NCBI RefSeq assembly: GCF_031769215.1
Contig: NW_026782221.1
Span: 1,116,001-1,180,000 of the forward strand
Length of the DNA: 64,000 nt
Source: Ylistrum balloti
Lineage: Eukaryota
Direction of reading: 5' to 3'
Shown: positions 51,637 through 64,000 of the stretch, one piece after another
Layout of the letters: each line of letters opens with the position of its first letter
How positions within the stretch are numbered: the first letter of the stretch is position 1
The notes under the pieces: model-generated
What the model was told of the DNA's origin: nothing
The model's input: only the letters and a program-made list of their open reading frames with translations
The model's database searches: none
Translations under genes and position numbers: made by a program

Positions 51637-54200
51637 GTGGTCAGTCAGTCAGAGTAGTTCTAGAGGAAAGACCAGCCATGTGGTCAGTCAGTCAGAGTAG
51701 TTCTAGAGGAAAGACCAGCCATGTGGTCAGTCAGTCAGAGTAGTTCTAGAGGAAAGACCAGCCATGTGGTCAGTCAGTCAGTCAGAGTAGTTCTAGAGGA
51801 AAGACCAGCCATGTGGTCAGTCAGTCAGAGTAGTTCTAGAGGAAAGACCAGCCATGTGGTCAGTCAGTCAGTCAGAGTAGTTCTAGAGGAAAGACCAGCC
51901 ATGTGGTCAGTCAGTCAGAGTAGTTCTAGAGGAAAGACCAGCCATGTGGTCAGTCAGTCAGAGTAGTTCTAGAGGAAAGACCAGCCATGTGGTCAGTCAG
52001 TCAGAGTAGTTCTAGAGGAAAGACCAGCCATGTGGTCAGTCAGTCAGAGTAGTAGAGGAAAGACCAGCCATGTGGTCAGTCAGTCAGAGTAGTTCTAGAG
52101 GAAAGACCAGCCATGTGGTCAGTCAGTCAGAGTAGTTCTAGAGGAAAGACCAGCCATGTGGTCAGTCAGTCAGAGTAGTCAGCCATGTAGTCAGTCTAGA
52201 GGAAAGACCAGCCATGTGGTCAGTCAGTCAGAGTAGTTCTAGAGGAAAGACCAGACCAGTCCATGTGGTCAGTCAGTCAGAGTAGTTCTAGAGGAAAGAC
52301 CAGCCATGTGGTCAGTCAGTCAGTAGAGGAAAGACCAGCCAGTCAGAGTAGTTCTAGAGGAAAGACCAGCCATGTGGTCAGTCAGTCAGAGTAGTTCTAG
52401 AGGAAAGACCAGCCATGTGGTCAGTCAGTCAGAGTAGTTCTAGAGGAAAGACCAGCCATGTGGTCAGTCAGTCAGAGTAGTTCTAGAGGAAAGACCAGCC
52501 ATGTGGTCAGTCAGTCAGAGTAGTAGAGGAAAGACCAGCCATGTGGTCAGTCAGTTCTAGAGGAAAGACCAGCCATGTGGTCAGTCAGTCAGAGTAGTTC
52601 TAGAGGAAAGACCAGCCATGTGGTCAGTCAGTCAGAGTAGTTCTAGAGGAAAGACCAGTGGTCAGTCAGTCAGAGTAGTTCTAGAGGAAAGACCAGCCAT
52701 GTGGTCAGTCAGTCAGAGTAGTTCTAGAGGAAAGACCAGCCATGTGGTCAGTCAGTCAGAGTAGTAGAGGAAAGACCAGCCAGTCAGTCAGTCAGAGTAG
52801 TTCTAGAGGAAAGACCAGCCATGTGGTCAGTCAGTCAGAGTAGTTCTAGAGGAAAGACCAGCCATGTGGTCAGTCAGTCAGAGAGTTCTAGAGGAAAGAC
52901 CAGCCATGTGGTCAGTCAGTCAGAGTAGTTCTAGAGGAAAGACCAGCCATGTGGTCAGTCAGTCAGTCAGAGTAGTTCTAGAGGAAAGACCAGCCATGTC
53001 AGTCAGTCAGAGTAGTCAGTCAGTCAGTTCTAGAGGAAAGACCAGCCATGTGGTCAGTCAGTCAGAGTAGTTCTAGAGGAAAGACCAGCCATGTGGTCAG
53101 TCAGTCAGAGTAGTTCTAGAGGAAAGACCAGCCATGTGGTCAGTCAGTCAGAGTAGTTCTAGAGGAAAGACCAGCCATGTGGTCAGTCAGTCAGTCAGTC
53201 AGAGTAGTTCTAGAGGAAAGACCAGCCATGTGGTCAGTCAGTCAGAGTAGGTTCTAGAGGAAAGACCAGCCATGTGGTCAGTCAGTCAGAGTAGTTCTAG
53301 AGGAAAGACCAGCCATGTGGTCAGTCAGTCAGAGTAGTTCTAGAGGAAAGACCAGCCATGTGTCAGTCAGTAGTAGAGGAAAGACCAGCCAGAGTAGTTC
53401 TAGAGGAAAGACCAGCCATGTGGTCAGTCAGTCAGAGTAGTTCTAGAGGAAAGACCAGCCATGTGGTCAGTCAGTCAGAGTAGTTCTAGAGGAAAGACCA
53501 GCCATGTTGTCAGTCAGTCAGAGTAGTTCTAGAGGAAAGACCAGCCATGTGGTCAGTCAGTCAGAGTAGTTCTAGAGGAAAGACCAGCCATGTGGTCAGT
53601 CAGTCAGAGTAGTTCAAGTAGTTCTAGAGGAAAGACCAGCCATGTGGTCAGTCAGTCAGAGTAGTTCTAGAGGAAAGACCAGCCATGTGGTCAGTCAGTC
53701 AGAGTAGTTCTAGAGGAAAGACCAGAGGAAAGACCAGCCATGTGGTCAGTCAGTCAGAGTAGTTCTAGAGGAAAGACCAGCCATGTGGTCAGTCAGTCAG
53801 AGTAGTTCTAGAGGAAAGACCAGCCATGTGGTCAGTCAGTCAGAGTAGTTCTAGAGGAAAGACCAGCCATGTGGTCAGTCAGTCAGAGTAGTTCTAGAGG
53901 AAAGACCAGCCATGTGGTCAGTCAGTCAGAGTAGTTCTAGAGGAAAGACCAGCCATGTGGTCAGTCAGTCAGAGTAGTTCTAGAGGAAAGACCAGCCATG
54001 TGGTCAGTCAGTCAGAGTAGTTCTAGAGGAAAGACCAGCCATGTGGTCAGTCAGTTCTAGAGGAAAGACCAGCCATGTGGTCAGTCAGTCAGAGTAGTTC
54101 TAGAGGAAAGACCAGCCATGTGGTCAGTCAGTCAGAGTAGTTCTAGAGGAAAGACCAGCCATGTGGTCAGTCAGTCAGAGTAGTTCTAGAGGAAAGACAA
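51637..54200. repeat. 43-bp satellite, about 60 copies, with an embedded (GTCA)n microsatellite
   Basis: Unit atgtggtcagtcagtcagagtagttctagaggaaagaccagcc; many truncated units. Confidence 0.98.
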
Positions 54201-55252
54201 GCCCTGTCAGTCTGTATGTCACCACCAATACGACCTGTATCCTGTCTCTCATGTGACACTGAGATTTTGGCGATCTCAATACCACACAGTACAATACAGT
54301 GTAATATCAATTGTTCTGAAGATGAAAAATACTTTCTTTAATGGGCACACAAACCAAATTGTCTCAAGTAGGCTTTTCCGCTATGCCATTTCACTTTAAA
54401 TGATCCTACTGTTTTTTATAAAAGTCTTTGCAGCAGAGAACATCTAAAATGTCTTTTACACATCTAAGACAGCATGTAACATGTCAAATTCAAAGATTTA
54501 TTAAGGTTAATATTCGACAAGTAGGTTTTAAACAGTTGAATCCTGTAGACAAGTGAGTTGACCTAAAATCCCTTTATTTTGCATTTTTTGTTGTAAGAAG
54601 TCTGAACACACACTGGGTAGAAGTATATGAACAATGTAGTATTTCGGTTGTGTAATTGGATTCAATTGATTTCATTGGTGACATGCGTTGAAGTGCCTTG
54701 ACCATATTTTATTGGTCATAAGTCTGTTTTAGAGTTAATTGAGTGTGTTAATTAGCCCCTATATTAGTTTAATCTTTCTTTCTTGTCTTTATGCGTATGT
54801 CTGAGTTAATGGACTGTAAAGTATGAACCAGTACATATGTTATCTGTTGACAATCTAAAAACCAGGTCACCACCACAAGGTCACACTATTAACACCCTTA
54901 TATAATTAAAACGTAACCTTTTTAAAGTATTGAACTCTTTTTCAAAACTGACAGACATAAATCTAGTCAGAAGAATGTGTACCCTGTAACTACAACAATT
55001 GTTTTAAATCAACTTCAAAATATCAATACGCATGTAGAAAATTCTGACACATATCATTACAAAATCCCTTTGTATGTTAGTTGAATTTATTGCCCAGGGT
55101 CATTTTGATGTGGAGACTCCTTTTAAGTAATAGCTAATGATTACTTTGCTGAACAACATATGGGAGGCCCATTACATGTCATCCAAAACAATGACACAAC
55201 CAAAACTGCACAGCTTTGTCGATTTCTGAGCTTCCTTAGAAAGACCAACAGC

Positions 55253-55338
55253 ATGGGTATGGAACATTGTACAACAAACTCATAGGTATGGAACATTGTA
55301 CAACAAACTCATGGGTATGGAACATTGTACAACACAAT
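55253..55338. repeat. 29-bp tandem repeat, 3 copies
   Basis: Unit atgggtatggaacattgtacaacaaactc. Confidence 0.9.
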
Positions 55339-57439
55339 TTGGGTCTTCGTCTCCCTTTGAAACTTTCATAACTCAGAAATACTTATCATCAACAGGTGAA
55401 AAAGAATTTTAACAATCTAGTAACAACTCCTCATGTGTGGAAAAAGAAATCTGTATAAAAAGTTGCTGTTTTAAAACAGTTATAGGTCAAACTACAATCT
55501 GTACAAAAACTTCCCTGTTGTAATTCTATGTGGACAGAAACACATGGTTATACCAATCAAAATCAACAAGTACTTATTGACAACTGTATCATTTCCCTAT
55601 GATACCCACCTTAACAATACAAAATTGAAGCATGTCCTTCAGACCATTATGCGACACGTGGCAGTATCATTCTCTGTAAATGTCCTTAAATATGGCTGTC
55701 ATTTGACCAAGTCTGCATGGCTGTCCCTATCACACCATCACCAACTGTAACTTTTATGGGAGAAAACAAAAATTAATTTGTTGTACACATGCAATATGTT
55801 TTATTTGTTAATTACTGAAAGTTAAAAAACTTAGAAAAAGACCTACGGTAATCTTTTCAGATAGAAGCAATGACCTTGTCAACAAGTGTGCTGGAAAAAT
55901 GACTCAGCTGAACAAATCTCTGAACACTAAATTCAACTGATCTTTCATATTTTACTGTGTTTCATACCAAATATAACTTGTAATACTTTTAACACTATGC
56001 AGTCACAAAACCCATCTTTATCAAGGTGAAGAAAATAACTCCCTTACAATTTCTACTATGAATTACGGACCTTTAGGAGCAATAATTGAGAATCCTATGA
56101 GATCTTCTGTGATAGCATTTCTGGACAAATTTTATATAAAATATGTATATTGACTTGTATATATTTATGTGTGTGACCTCGCTCTATCCAATTCATTGTT
56201 TTTTGATCTTGATACACTTCACTCCCTCCTATTGTGGAGTAAGACAGGCCCTATAAATTAATGTTCACATTATATACTCTATATATAAGGCACTCTGACC
56301 TCAAAGCATCGGGTATTTCAGTCTTTTTATCGTCGCTATAGACCTTTAAAGAATTCTGGTATGATCTTTGATTGACTAGAGAACTTTAGCATCAATAATT
56401 TTCTAGTATTACAAGGTACCTTCCAAAATGTGTGTGTTGTCATAATGTACACATTCAAATTGATTATGTGCTGTCATAACATAATGTACATATTCTAACT
56501 AGATAATATGTTGCCATAATGCTCATATTTAAGCCGAAAGAATGATATTTATTAACTGAAACTTTAGATATATTCTGTTTCTATCAACCGTTCAGCTAAA
56601 GCTGAGTCAACATTCTCTGAAATGAACAACTTCCATAAATGATATACCAGCAATCATTTCCTTGAAACACTTCGCTTAATGCTGTTATAACCTTAGCTTA
56701 AATTCACAAAAATCACCTCTCCTTACTAAGTATAGTTCTGATACAAAATATTTGTTGCACCAGACATAAGTTATCAACTAAATGTTAGTTAACAAGAAAG
56801 CTGGAAGACAAGAATAATTTGTCATTTCTAATGTTTTACATACATTTATCTACATGACATATATTTGGCAAGAACCAATCAAGAGACCAAAAATATTGCC
56901 TATTAAATATTATTGTAGTGTACATTTTGAAATCTGAATTTGATCTTTATAAGTTTTTGGATGATGTATTGTTTACAATTTGAAAATCAAACTGCACGGA
57001 ACGGATAACTACAAGAACCCTCCATTACCTTCCAGACTGATAACAGTTATCAAAGCAAGAACTACTGTTTCCTCAACAACTCATAAAGAAATCGCAGGGT
57101 TCTTGACAAGAATTTCACCAAGTAAAACAATCCAGTGCAGTTGTTATCGCCTGCATTTTGATAGAAGAGACATGATGTAGAGTTTGCATTCTTTTTAGAT
57201 TCATGACTCAAAGGGCAACCAAAGGGTTTGGTGTATAGACTAAGGACACACCAAATATCACATATCATTAGTTGGCCTGGCTTTGATCCTGATAATGACA
57301 TCTGTATAGGGTTTGATAATTGTTGTTTCTCTGATGAAATTCCTGTTCTTGTGACCCTAAATAGATATCTGAATAGTCGTTAACTGAACCCTTCATCTAT
57401 GTCAACAGATGAACAGACAGGTTCACAAAACACTAAGAT

Positions 57440-57900
57440 ATACTAGCTGATTACATAAAGACTGGTGCAATGATATGAACTTTGTGATCTGCCGAATACG
57501 AGATACCATGAGCTGATTACGTAAAACTTTGTGTAATGATCAGAGGCTGTGCAGGATAATGGGCTAAATGAAACGCAACTGCTTGATTGGTCCAATGAAT
57601 ACCTTATACTTTTCTAATCAATTAAATTCTCAGAGGACATCATGTTGATGAAATCTTCACAAAGAAACTGAAGTTTTATTATGATTGCAGTGTAGTTGTT
57701 TCTTGTGGTCTTTAGCGACATAATATCCTCAATCAATCTGAGACATATAAATTGACGTAACCTTTGTAGGCAAGACTCCGTGCGCGAGTTAAATGACGCT
57801 ATAGGATTCCTGACATTTGGAAATTCCTGCTGAGGATAAAATGTCAAAAGTTGACATTATTTATCTGGTAAATGTTTGCAGCCAATCAACATTGTAAACA
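57440..57900. promoter_or_regulatory. Candidate promoter/enhancer: bZIP (D-box/CRE-like) sites and CCAAT boxes
   Basis: TTACATAA 57451, TTACGTAA 57517, TTGTGTAAT 57529, TGACGTAA 57753, ATTGG/CCAAT 57586-57596, CCAAT 57882 and a local CpG cluster near 57780. A donor-like gaag|gtaatg lies at 57029 on the minus strand. Confidence 0.35.
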
Positions 57901-58305
57901 CAATGAAATTTTAAAAATTTCTATACGATTAGTTGACATTAATTATGGTATCCTATAACCTACTGCAGCTCATGAGCATATTTAATTTGTATAACTGGTA
58001 AATATATACAGAATCTTATAAACATACTGTATTAGTAAGGTAAACATTACCAGGCTATTTGATGTAGAGTAAGAATTACATAAATATACGTATGATAAAT
58101 TTGGTGGGTCATATTTGATTATTATTGATTTTACATCCTATCAACAGCAAGGATCGTTGTTAAAGTTCCTTGAATTGAGACATAACCAACAGAACACCAA
58201 CTAAAATGACAAATATGCAGCATTGTTCAATCTTAGGATTGATAATATTAATATTTTGACCTTCAAACTTCAAATATGATCAGAAACAAGTACATTCATT
58301 GAAGA

Positions 58306-59196
58306 CAGAACTGTCTGGAACTGTCAGAACTGTCTGGAACTGTCTGGAACTATCAGAACTGTCAGAACTGTGTGGAACTGTCTGGAACTGTCTGGAACTG
58401 TCAGAACTGTGTGGAACTGTGTGGAACTGTGTGGAACTGTCTGGAACTTTCAGAACTGTCTGGAACTGTCAGAACTGTCTGGAACTGTCAGAACTGTCTG
58501 AAACTGTCAGAACTGTCTGAAACTGTCAGAACTGTGTGGAACTGTCTGGAACTGTCTGGAACTGTCAGAACTGTCTGGAACTGTCAGAACTGTCTGAAAC
58601 TGTCAGAACTGTCTGAAACTGTCAGAACTGTGTGGAACTGTCTGGAACTGTCTGGAACTGTCAGAACTGTCTGAAACTGTCAGAACTGTGTGGAACTGTC
58701 TGGAACTGTCTGGAACTGTCAGAACTGTCTGGAACTGTCTGGAACTGTCAGAACTGTGTGGAACTGTCTAGAACTGTCAGAACCGTCTGGAACTGTCAGA
58801 ACTGTCTGGAACTGTCAGAACTGTTTGGATCTGTCTGGAACTGTCAGATCTGTCTGGAACTGTCTGGAACTGTCAGAACTGTCTGGAACTGTCTAGAACT
58901 GTCAAAACCGTCAGGAACTGTCAGAACTGTCTGGAACTGTCAGAACTGTCTGGAACTGTCTGGAACTGTCTGGAACTGTCAGAACTGTGTGGAACTGTCT
59001 GGAACTGTCTGGAATTGTCAGAACTGTCTGGAACTGTCTGGAACTGTCAGAACTGTTTGGAACTGTCTGGAACTGTCTGGAACTGTCAGAACTGTCTGGA
59101 ACTGTCTGTCTGGAACTGTCTGGAACTGTCAGAACTGTCTGGAACTGTCTGGAACTGTCAGAACTGTCTGGAACTGTCTGGAACTGTCAGAACTGC
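58306..59196. repeat. Mosaic 9/10-bp minisatellite with a GAACTGT core
   Basis: Interspersed ctggaactgt, cagaactgt, gtggaactgt and ctgaaactgt units. Confidence 0.97.
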
Positions 59197-59249
59197 AGTC
59201 TGCCTAACCAGGAAACTTAACAGTGACTCATCTTAGTAAACAGCACAAT

Positions 59250-59610
59250 AACTCGCATGAGTTGGAAACAGGTAATTGACTCCAACCAGTATCTGAAACA
59301 GGATAATGAGTAATTTGCAGGAAACAGGAAAATGACTCATATTTGTTTGAAAAGGATAATGACTCTTCTGTTGGAAACAGGACATTGACTCGTTTCTGTT
59401 GGAAACAGGATAATGACTCATTTGTTGGAATTGGAAAAATCACTATCTGTTGGTAACAGGAAAATAAACTCATACCTTCTGGAAACAGGATTACAACTGC
59501 TATCTGTTAGAAACAGAAAAAATGACTCAGATCCATCAGAAATAGGAGAGTGATATGTACGTGACTCATGAAACATAACTCAAATTTCCTTGAAACAGGA
59601 TTATCAATTA
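59250..59610. repeat. Old degenerate ~30-bp tandem repeat
   Basis: Recurrent ggaaacaggataatgactc...tgtt. Confidence 0.75.
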
Positions 59611-59994
59611 AATTTGTTGGCAAGTTTGAAATAATGTTTACATACGTCCTACCACATTAAACAGTTGATTGATGCCAGCTAGCATATAGTTCTACATAAA
59701 GTAAGGATATCTATATGAGTAGTGTGGTTCAGCCTACTACAGGACATAAAGAAAACATTGGTATAAGACAAGAGGATCTTACACTAAGGAAGATATTTGA
59801 TCAGAGACCATTTATCATTATATAGTTATAAAAACATCTACACATTCTAATATTCTAATGTGACATTCTAGACCTAAACCAATAGCACAGGGCACTAACA
59901 TTGTGTTACAGTATACTGTTGTTGGATTGTGATGTTGGTATTCACTCACAGATGGTTCATGGACAACTTGGAAGCTGATGCAACAGATGGGGTT

Positions 59995-61250
59995 ATAACA
60001 CCCTAACCCTGTCAATCTCTGAAGGAATACTGGTATAACACCCTAACCCTGTCAATCTCTGAAGGATTACTGGTATAGTACCCTAACCCTGTCAATCTCT
60101 GAAGGATTACTGGTATAGTACCCTAACCCTGTCAATCTCTGAAGGATTACTGGTATAACACCCTAACCCTGTCAATCTCTGAAGGATTACTGGTATAACA
60201 CCCTAACCCTGTCAATCTCTGAAGGATTACTGGTATAACACCCTAACCCTGTCAATCTCTGAAGGATTACTGGTATAACACCCTAACCCTGTCAATCTCT
60301 GAAGGATTACTGGTAGAACACCCTAACCCTGTCAATCTCTGAAGGATTACTGGTATAACACCCTAACCCTGTCAATCTCTGAAGGATTACTGGTATAACA
60401 CCCTAACCCTGTCAATCTCTGAAGGATTACTGGTATAGTACCCTAACCCTGTCAATCTCTGAAGGATTACTGGTATAACACCCTAACCCTGTCAATCTCT
60501 GAAGGATTACTGGTATAACACCCTAACCCTGTCAATCTCTGAAGGATTACTGGTATAACACCCTAACCCTGTCAATCTCTGAAGGATTACTGGTATAACA
60601 CCCTAACCCTGTCAATCTCTGAAGGATTACTGGTATAACACCCTAACCCTGTCAATCTCTGAAGGATTACTGGTATAACACCCTAACCCTGTCAATCTCT
60701 GAAGGAATACTGGTATAGTACCCTAACCCTGTCAATCTCTGAAGGAATACTGGTATAACACCCTAACCCTGTCAATCTCTGAAGGATTACTGGTATAACA
60801 CCCTAACCCTGTCAATCTCTGAAGGATTACTGGTATAACACCCTAACCCTGTCAATCTCTGAAGGATTACTGGTATAACACCCTAACCCTGTCAATCTCT
60901 GAAGGATTTGTGGTATAGTACCCTAACCCTGTCAATCTCTGAAGGATTACTGGTATAACACCCTAACCCTGTCAATCTCTGAAGGATTACTGGTATAGTA
61001 CCCTAACCCTGTCAATCTCTGAAGGATTACTGGTATATCACCCTACACCCTGTCAATCTCTGAAGGATTACTGGTATAACACCCTAACCCTGTCAATCTC
61101 TGAAGGATTACTGGTATAACACCCTAACCCTGTCAATCTCTGAAGGATTACTGGTATAACACCCTAACCCTGTCAATCTCTGAAGGATTTGTGGTATAGT
61201 ACCCTAACCCTGTCAATCTCTGAATGCTGTTAATCTCTGAAGGATTACAG
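59995..61250. repeat. 40-bp minisatellite, about 31 copies, containing CCCTAACCCT
   Basis: Unit accctaaccctgtcaatctctgaaggattactggtataac. Confidence 0.98.
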
Positions 61251-61954
61251 TTTACATGTTATTTCTGCATAACCTACACGTTTTTCACAATTCGGTTTAA
61301 TTTGACAGTTCAATGTTGAGCAAGTCTCCTGACTGCTGCTTGAAAAGATGTTAATTTTGCAGTTTCATTGACATTGCAATAGTGTGTTGGTTAACTAATG
61401 CACAAGTGTGTTCTCGTCTTCGTACAGTAAGAAAACGAAATTCATCGTGACTCTGTAATTAAAAACAGGATTCATACAGCAGTTCCATTATTGTCAGGAA
61501 ATCCCAACCTGATGATTAAAACTTTATATACAGCAAAGTTTCATGCTCTGAAATACTGATGCATACCAGAAGAAATCAATAATTTCACAACTGATTAAAA
61601 AATGATACACAATTTCATTTGCTGAAAGGAGTATTAATCAACAATGCAGTGTAAGGCCTTCATGCACAGAAATTTGATGAAATTACCAGTATGTTCACTA
61701 TACATTATTAACTGTAAAACTAAGTCCCAATAAAACACAGAAATTGGGAGATTTGTATGCTTAATGAAAAGCAACAGAAACTCTTTCATTTGAAACTCCT
61801 AATTGAAACAAGGAAGAGTTACAAAAGGCATGACATTATCTATCTAATTTGAAACCCTGACATATCATGAATAAGTCCCCGTCTCCGCCAAACTTATAAC
61901 ACTAGTTACACACAGTAACACATAACATACATAACAAGAACAAGCTTTGTCTCG

Positions 61955-62370
61955 TATCCATGTTATTTCTTCTGTCTATCACATAACTAGAACAAGCTTT
62001 CTCTCATACCCATGTTATTTCTTCTGTCTATCACATAACTAGAGCAAGTTTTCTCTCATACCCATGTTATTTCTTCTGTCTATCACATAACTAGAGCAAG
62101 TTTTCTCTCATACCCATGTTATTTCTTCTGTCTATCACATAACTAGAACGAGCTTTCTCTCATACCCATGTTATTTCTTCTGTCTATCACATAACTAGAA
62201 CGAGCTTTCTCTCATACCCATGTTATTTCTTCTGTCTATCACATAACTAGAACGAGCTTTCTCTCATACCCATGTTATTTCTTCTGTCTATCACATAACT
62301 AGAACGAGCTTTCTCTCATACCCATGTTATTTCTTCTGTCTATCACATAACTAGAGCAAGTTTTCTCTCC
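61955..62370. repeat. 52-bp minisatellite, about 8 copies
   Basis: Unit cccatgttatttcttctgtctatcacataactagaacgagctttctctcata. Confidence 0.96.
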
Positions 62371-63821
62371 TACCCTGTCATTACTATATATAGCCAAACA
62401 ATGTGACTGCTGAACCAAGATGTCAGGACAACATGTTGCAAGTCTACAGCTAATGAAACAGGAATTCCCAACATTTGTCAATGACTTGCATTGGAATTTG
62501 CAGCATGTTTCTAGCTCATGCAAAGCAGGTACCTAACCTGCATGTTGTACACCTATACATCACTATGTGTCAATTAACTAATACAGAAACTGTGTTGTAT
62601 TCTGTAAGCAGTACTATAATGTCAAACCTGAAGAAAATCAAATTTCAGAGGCAAGACAATGATGTAAACCAACAACTGTACAACATTACAGCTTTTTTTG
62701 GGAAGCATTTTCAGAACGACAACGGAATTTGAAATAATTTACAAAAATAGGAAATATTCATTAAAATAACAGACTTTACCCTGTTGAAGTTATATGGTGT
62801 ACCTTGTGATGGACTTCCTTGCTGTTTCACTTCCTGTACATCGGAAACAATGGCCCACACCAATGAAAAAAATCTCATTGCTGAATATAATTGTTGCTCA
62901 ATAAGAAATGAGGTATATTCCTAAGCGATATGTGAAACCATTTTCAACACTTCTCAGCATATTTATCAACTTGGCAACATGCCGTTGACTAGAAATGCAT
63001 ACACATTTGTGATATGTGACCATGTAATGAGTGTTAGTAAACCCTCTATATTTTTTCAGAGTAGAATGATAATAAAGATGATTATGTATGCTTGATGCTG
63101 AATTCCTACGTTGCCCCAAGTTTGTCGAGGTCACTTGTTTTCAGGGTGGTACCGGTAAATAAGATATATCCATCTTTTTGATGCGGCATGTCATAGTGAA
63201 AAGTTTATAAACATCAGTAGGATGAACCATCCTTTCCTGGCAGTAACAAGATTCTCTGAAGGAAACTTTTGCAGTAATACATAAGTGAAAAGAGACATAC
63301 TGCTGTACCATGTATATACAAACCCAACATTAGAACAAGCTTCTCACTACCACATGGCCGAAGTCTAAGACATCCTACTCACAGCAATCAGCTTTTTTCC
63401 TCCTTTTGTATTATATTGTAATTGGAATAAATAACTACCATGTTAATAATGAACTGTAGTCAGAACCTGACATCAGAGCTGCTTCCTTCATGATTAACAC
63501 CAAGAAATACACACAGTAACACAGAATCAACAGAACTGGTATTTCCATCCAACCTCACAAACCTTCTTTCTTCAAATCTCTTTCTGGATAATAAATATTG
63601 TATTGAGACGTATTAAGATATCCATCTAGAAAATTAAACACCAATTAACTCTTAAGACTATGAAACAGCATTAAGAAATAAGACTTCTTTACACAAATTC
63701 TAATAAAACTTCAGAGAATCTTTGAACATATTCTGTAAATCTGTATATAAGTAATATTTCAAGGAGAATACATTCAGAGTACTGAAAGTTTTTATAGCAG
63801 AAATCAATTATATACTATACA

Positions 63822-64000
63822 AGTGAAATATTTCCATGGAAACCAACACAAATCCTTGTATTATATAATGTACAAGTGTAATATTTCCATGGAAACCAAT
63901 ACAAATCCTTGTATTATATACTGTACAAGTGTAATATTTCCATGGAAACCAACACAAATCCTTGTATTATATACTGTACAAGTGTAATATTTCCATGGAA
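63822..64000. repeat. 53-bp tandem repeat running off the window end
   Basis: Unit acaagtgtaatatttccatggaaaccaacacaaatccttgtattatatactgt; contains the 12-bp palindrome tttccatggaaa. Confidence 0.93.

Noticed and set aside
58299-59236. Overlapping Cys/Trp-rich ORFs (ELSGTVWNC...)
   Set aside because: The 9/10-bp units shift frame constantly and simply lack stop codons.

Overview
AT-rich eukaryotic genomic DNA, not bacterial; repeat style and gene content suggest a bivalve mollusc, possibly an oyster (inference). The window is dominated by one minus-strand gene, a divergent semaphorin-2-like protein (signal peptide, Sema, PSI, Ig). By hand I reconstructed 16 GT-AG coding exons with consistent phases (1948 nt, about 649 codons) from the ATG at 47060 down to 6246, including a 29.8-kb intron after the first coding exon. 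The C-terminal exon(s) and upstream non-coding exon(s) could not be fixed. Roughly a quarter of the window (about 15-16 kb, hand estimate) is about 24 unrelated minisatellite arrays. There are also decayed Penelope-like, LINE/RTE and Helentron-like fragments. Most ORFs in the supplied track are spurious (many start at GTG/TTG or simply read through repeats). The most unusual observations are: (1) several arrays are amplified copies of this gene's own splice sites, creating runs of decoy donors or acceptors; (2) a 63-bp array in intron 1 is built from a Penelope-type minimal hammerhead ribozyme, split between units; (3) a 51-bp array has a long open frame whose recurrent variants are mostly synonymous and which ends at a donor-like site; (4) the semaphorin appears to have lost its Ig disulfide and one PSI disulfide. 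No tRNA, rRNA or CRISPR array was seen.
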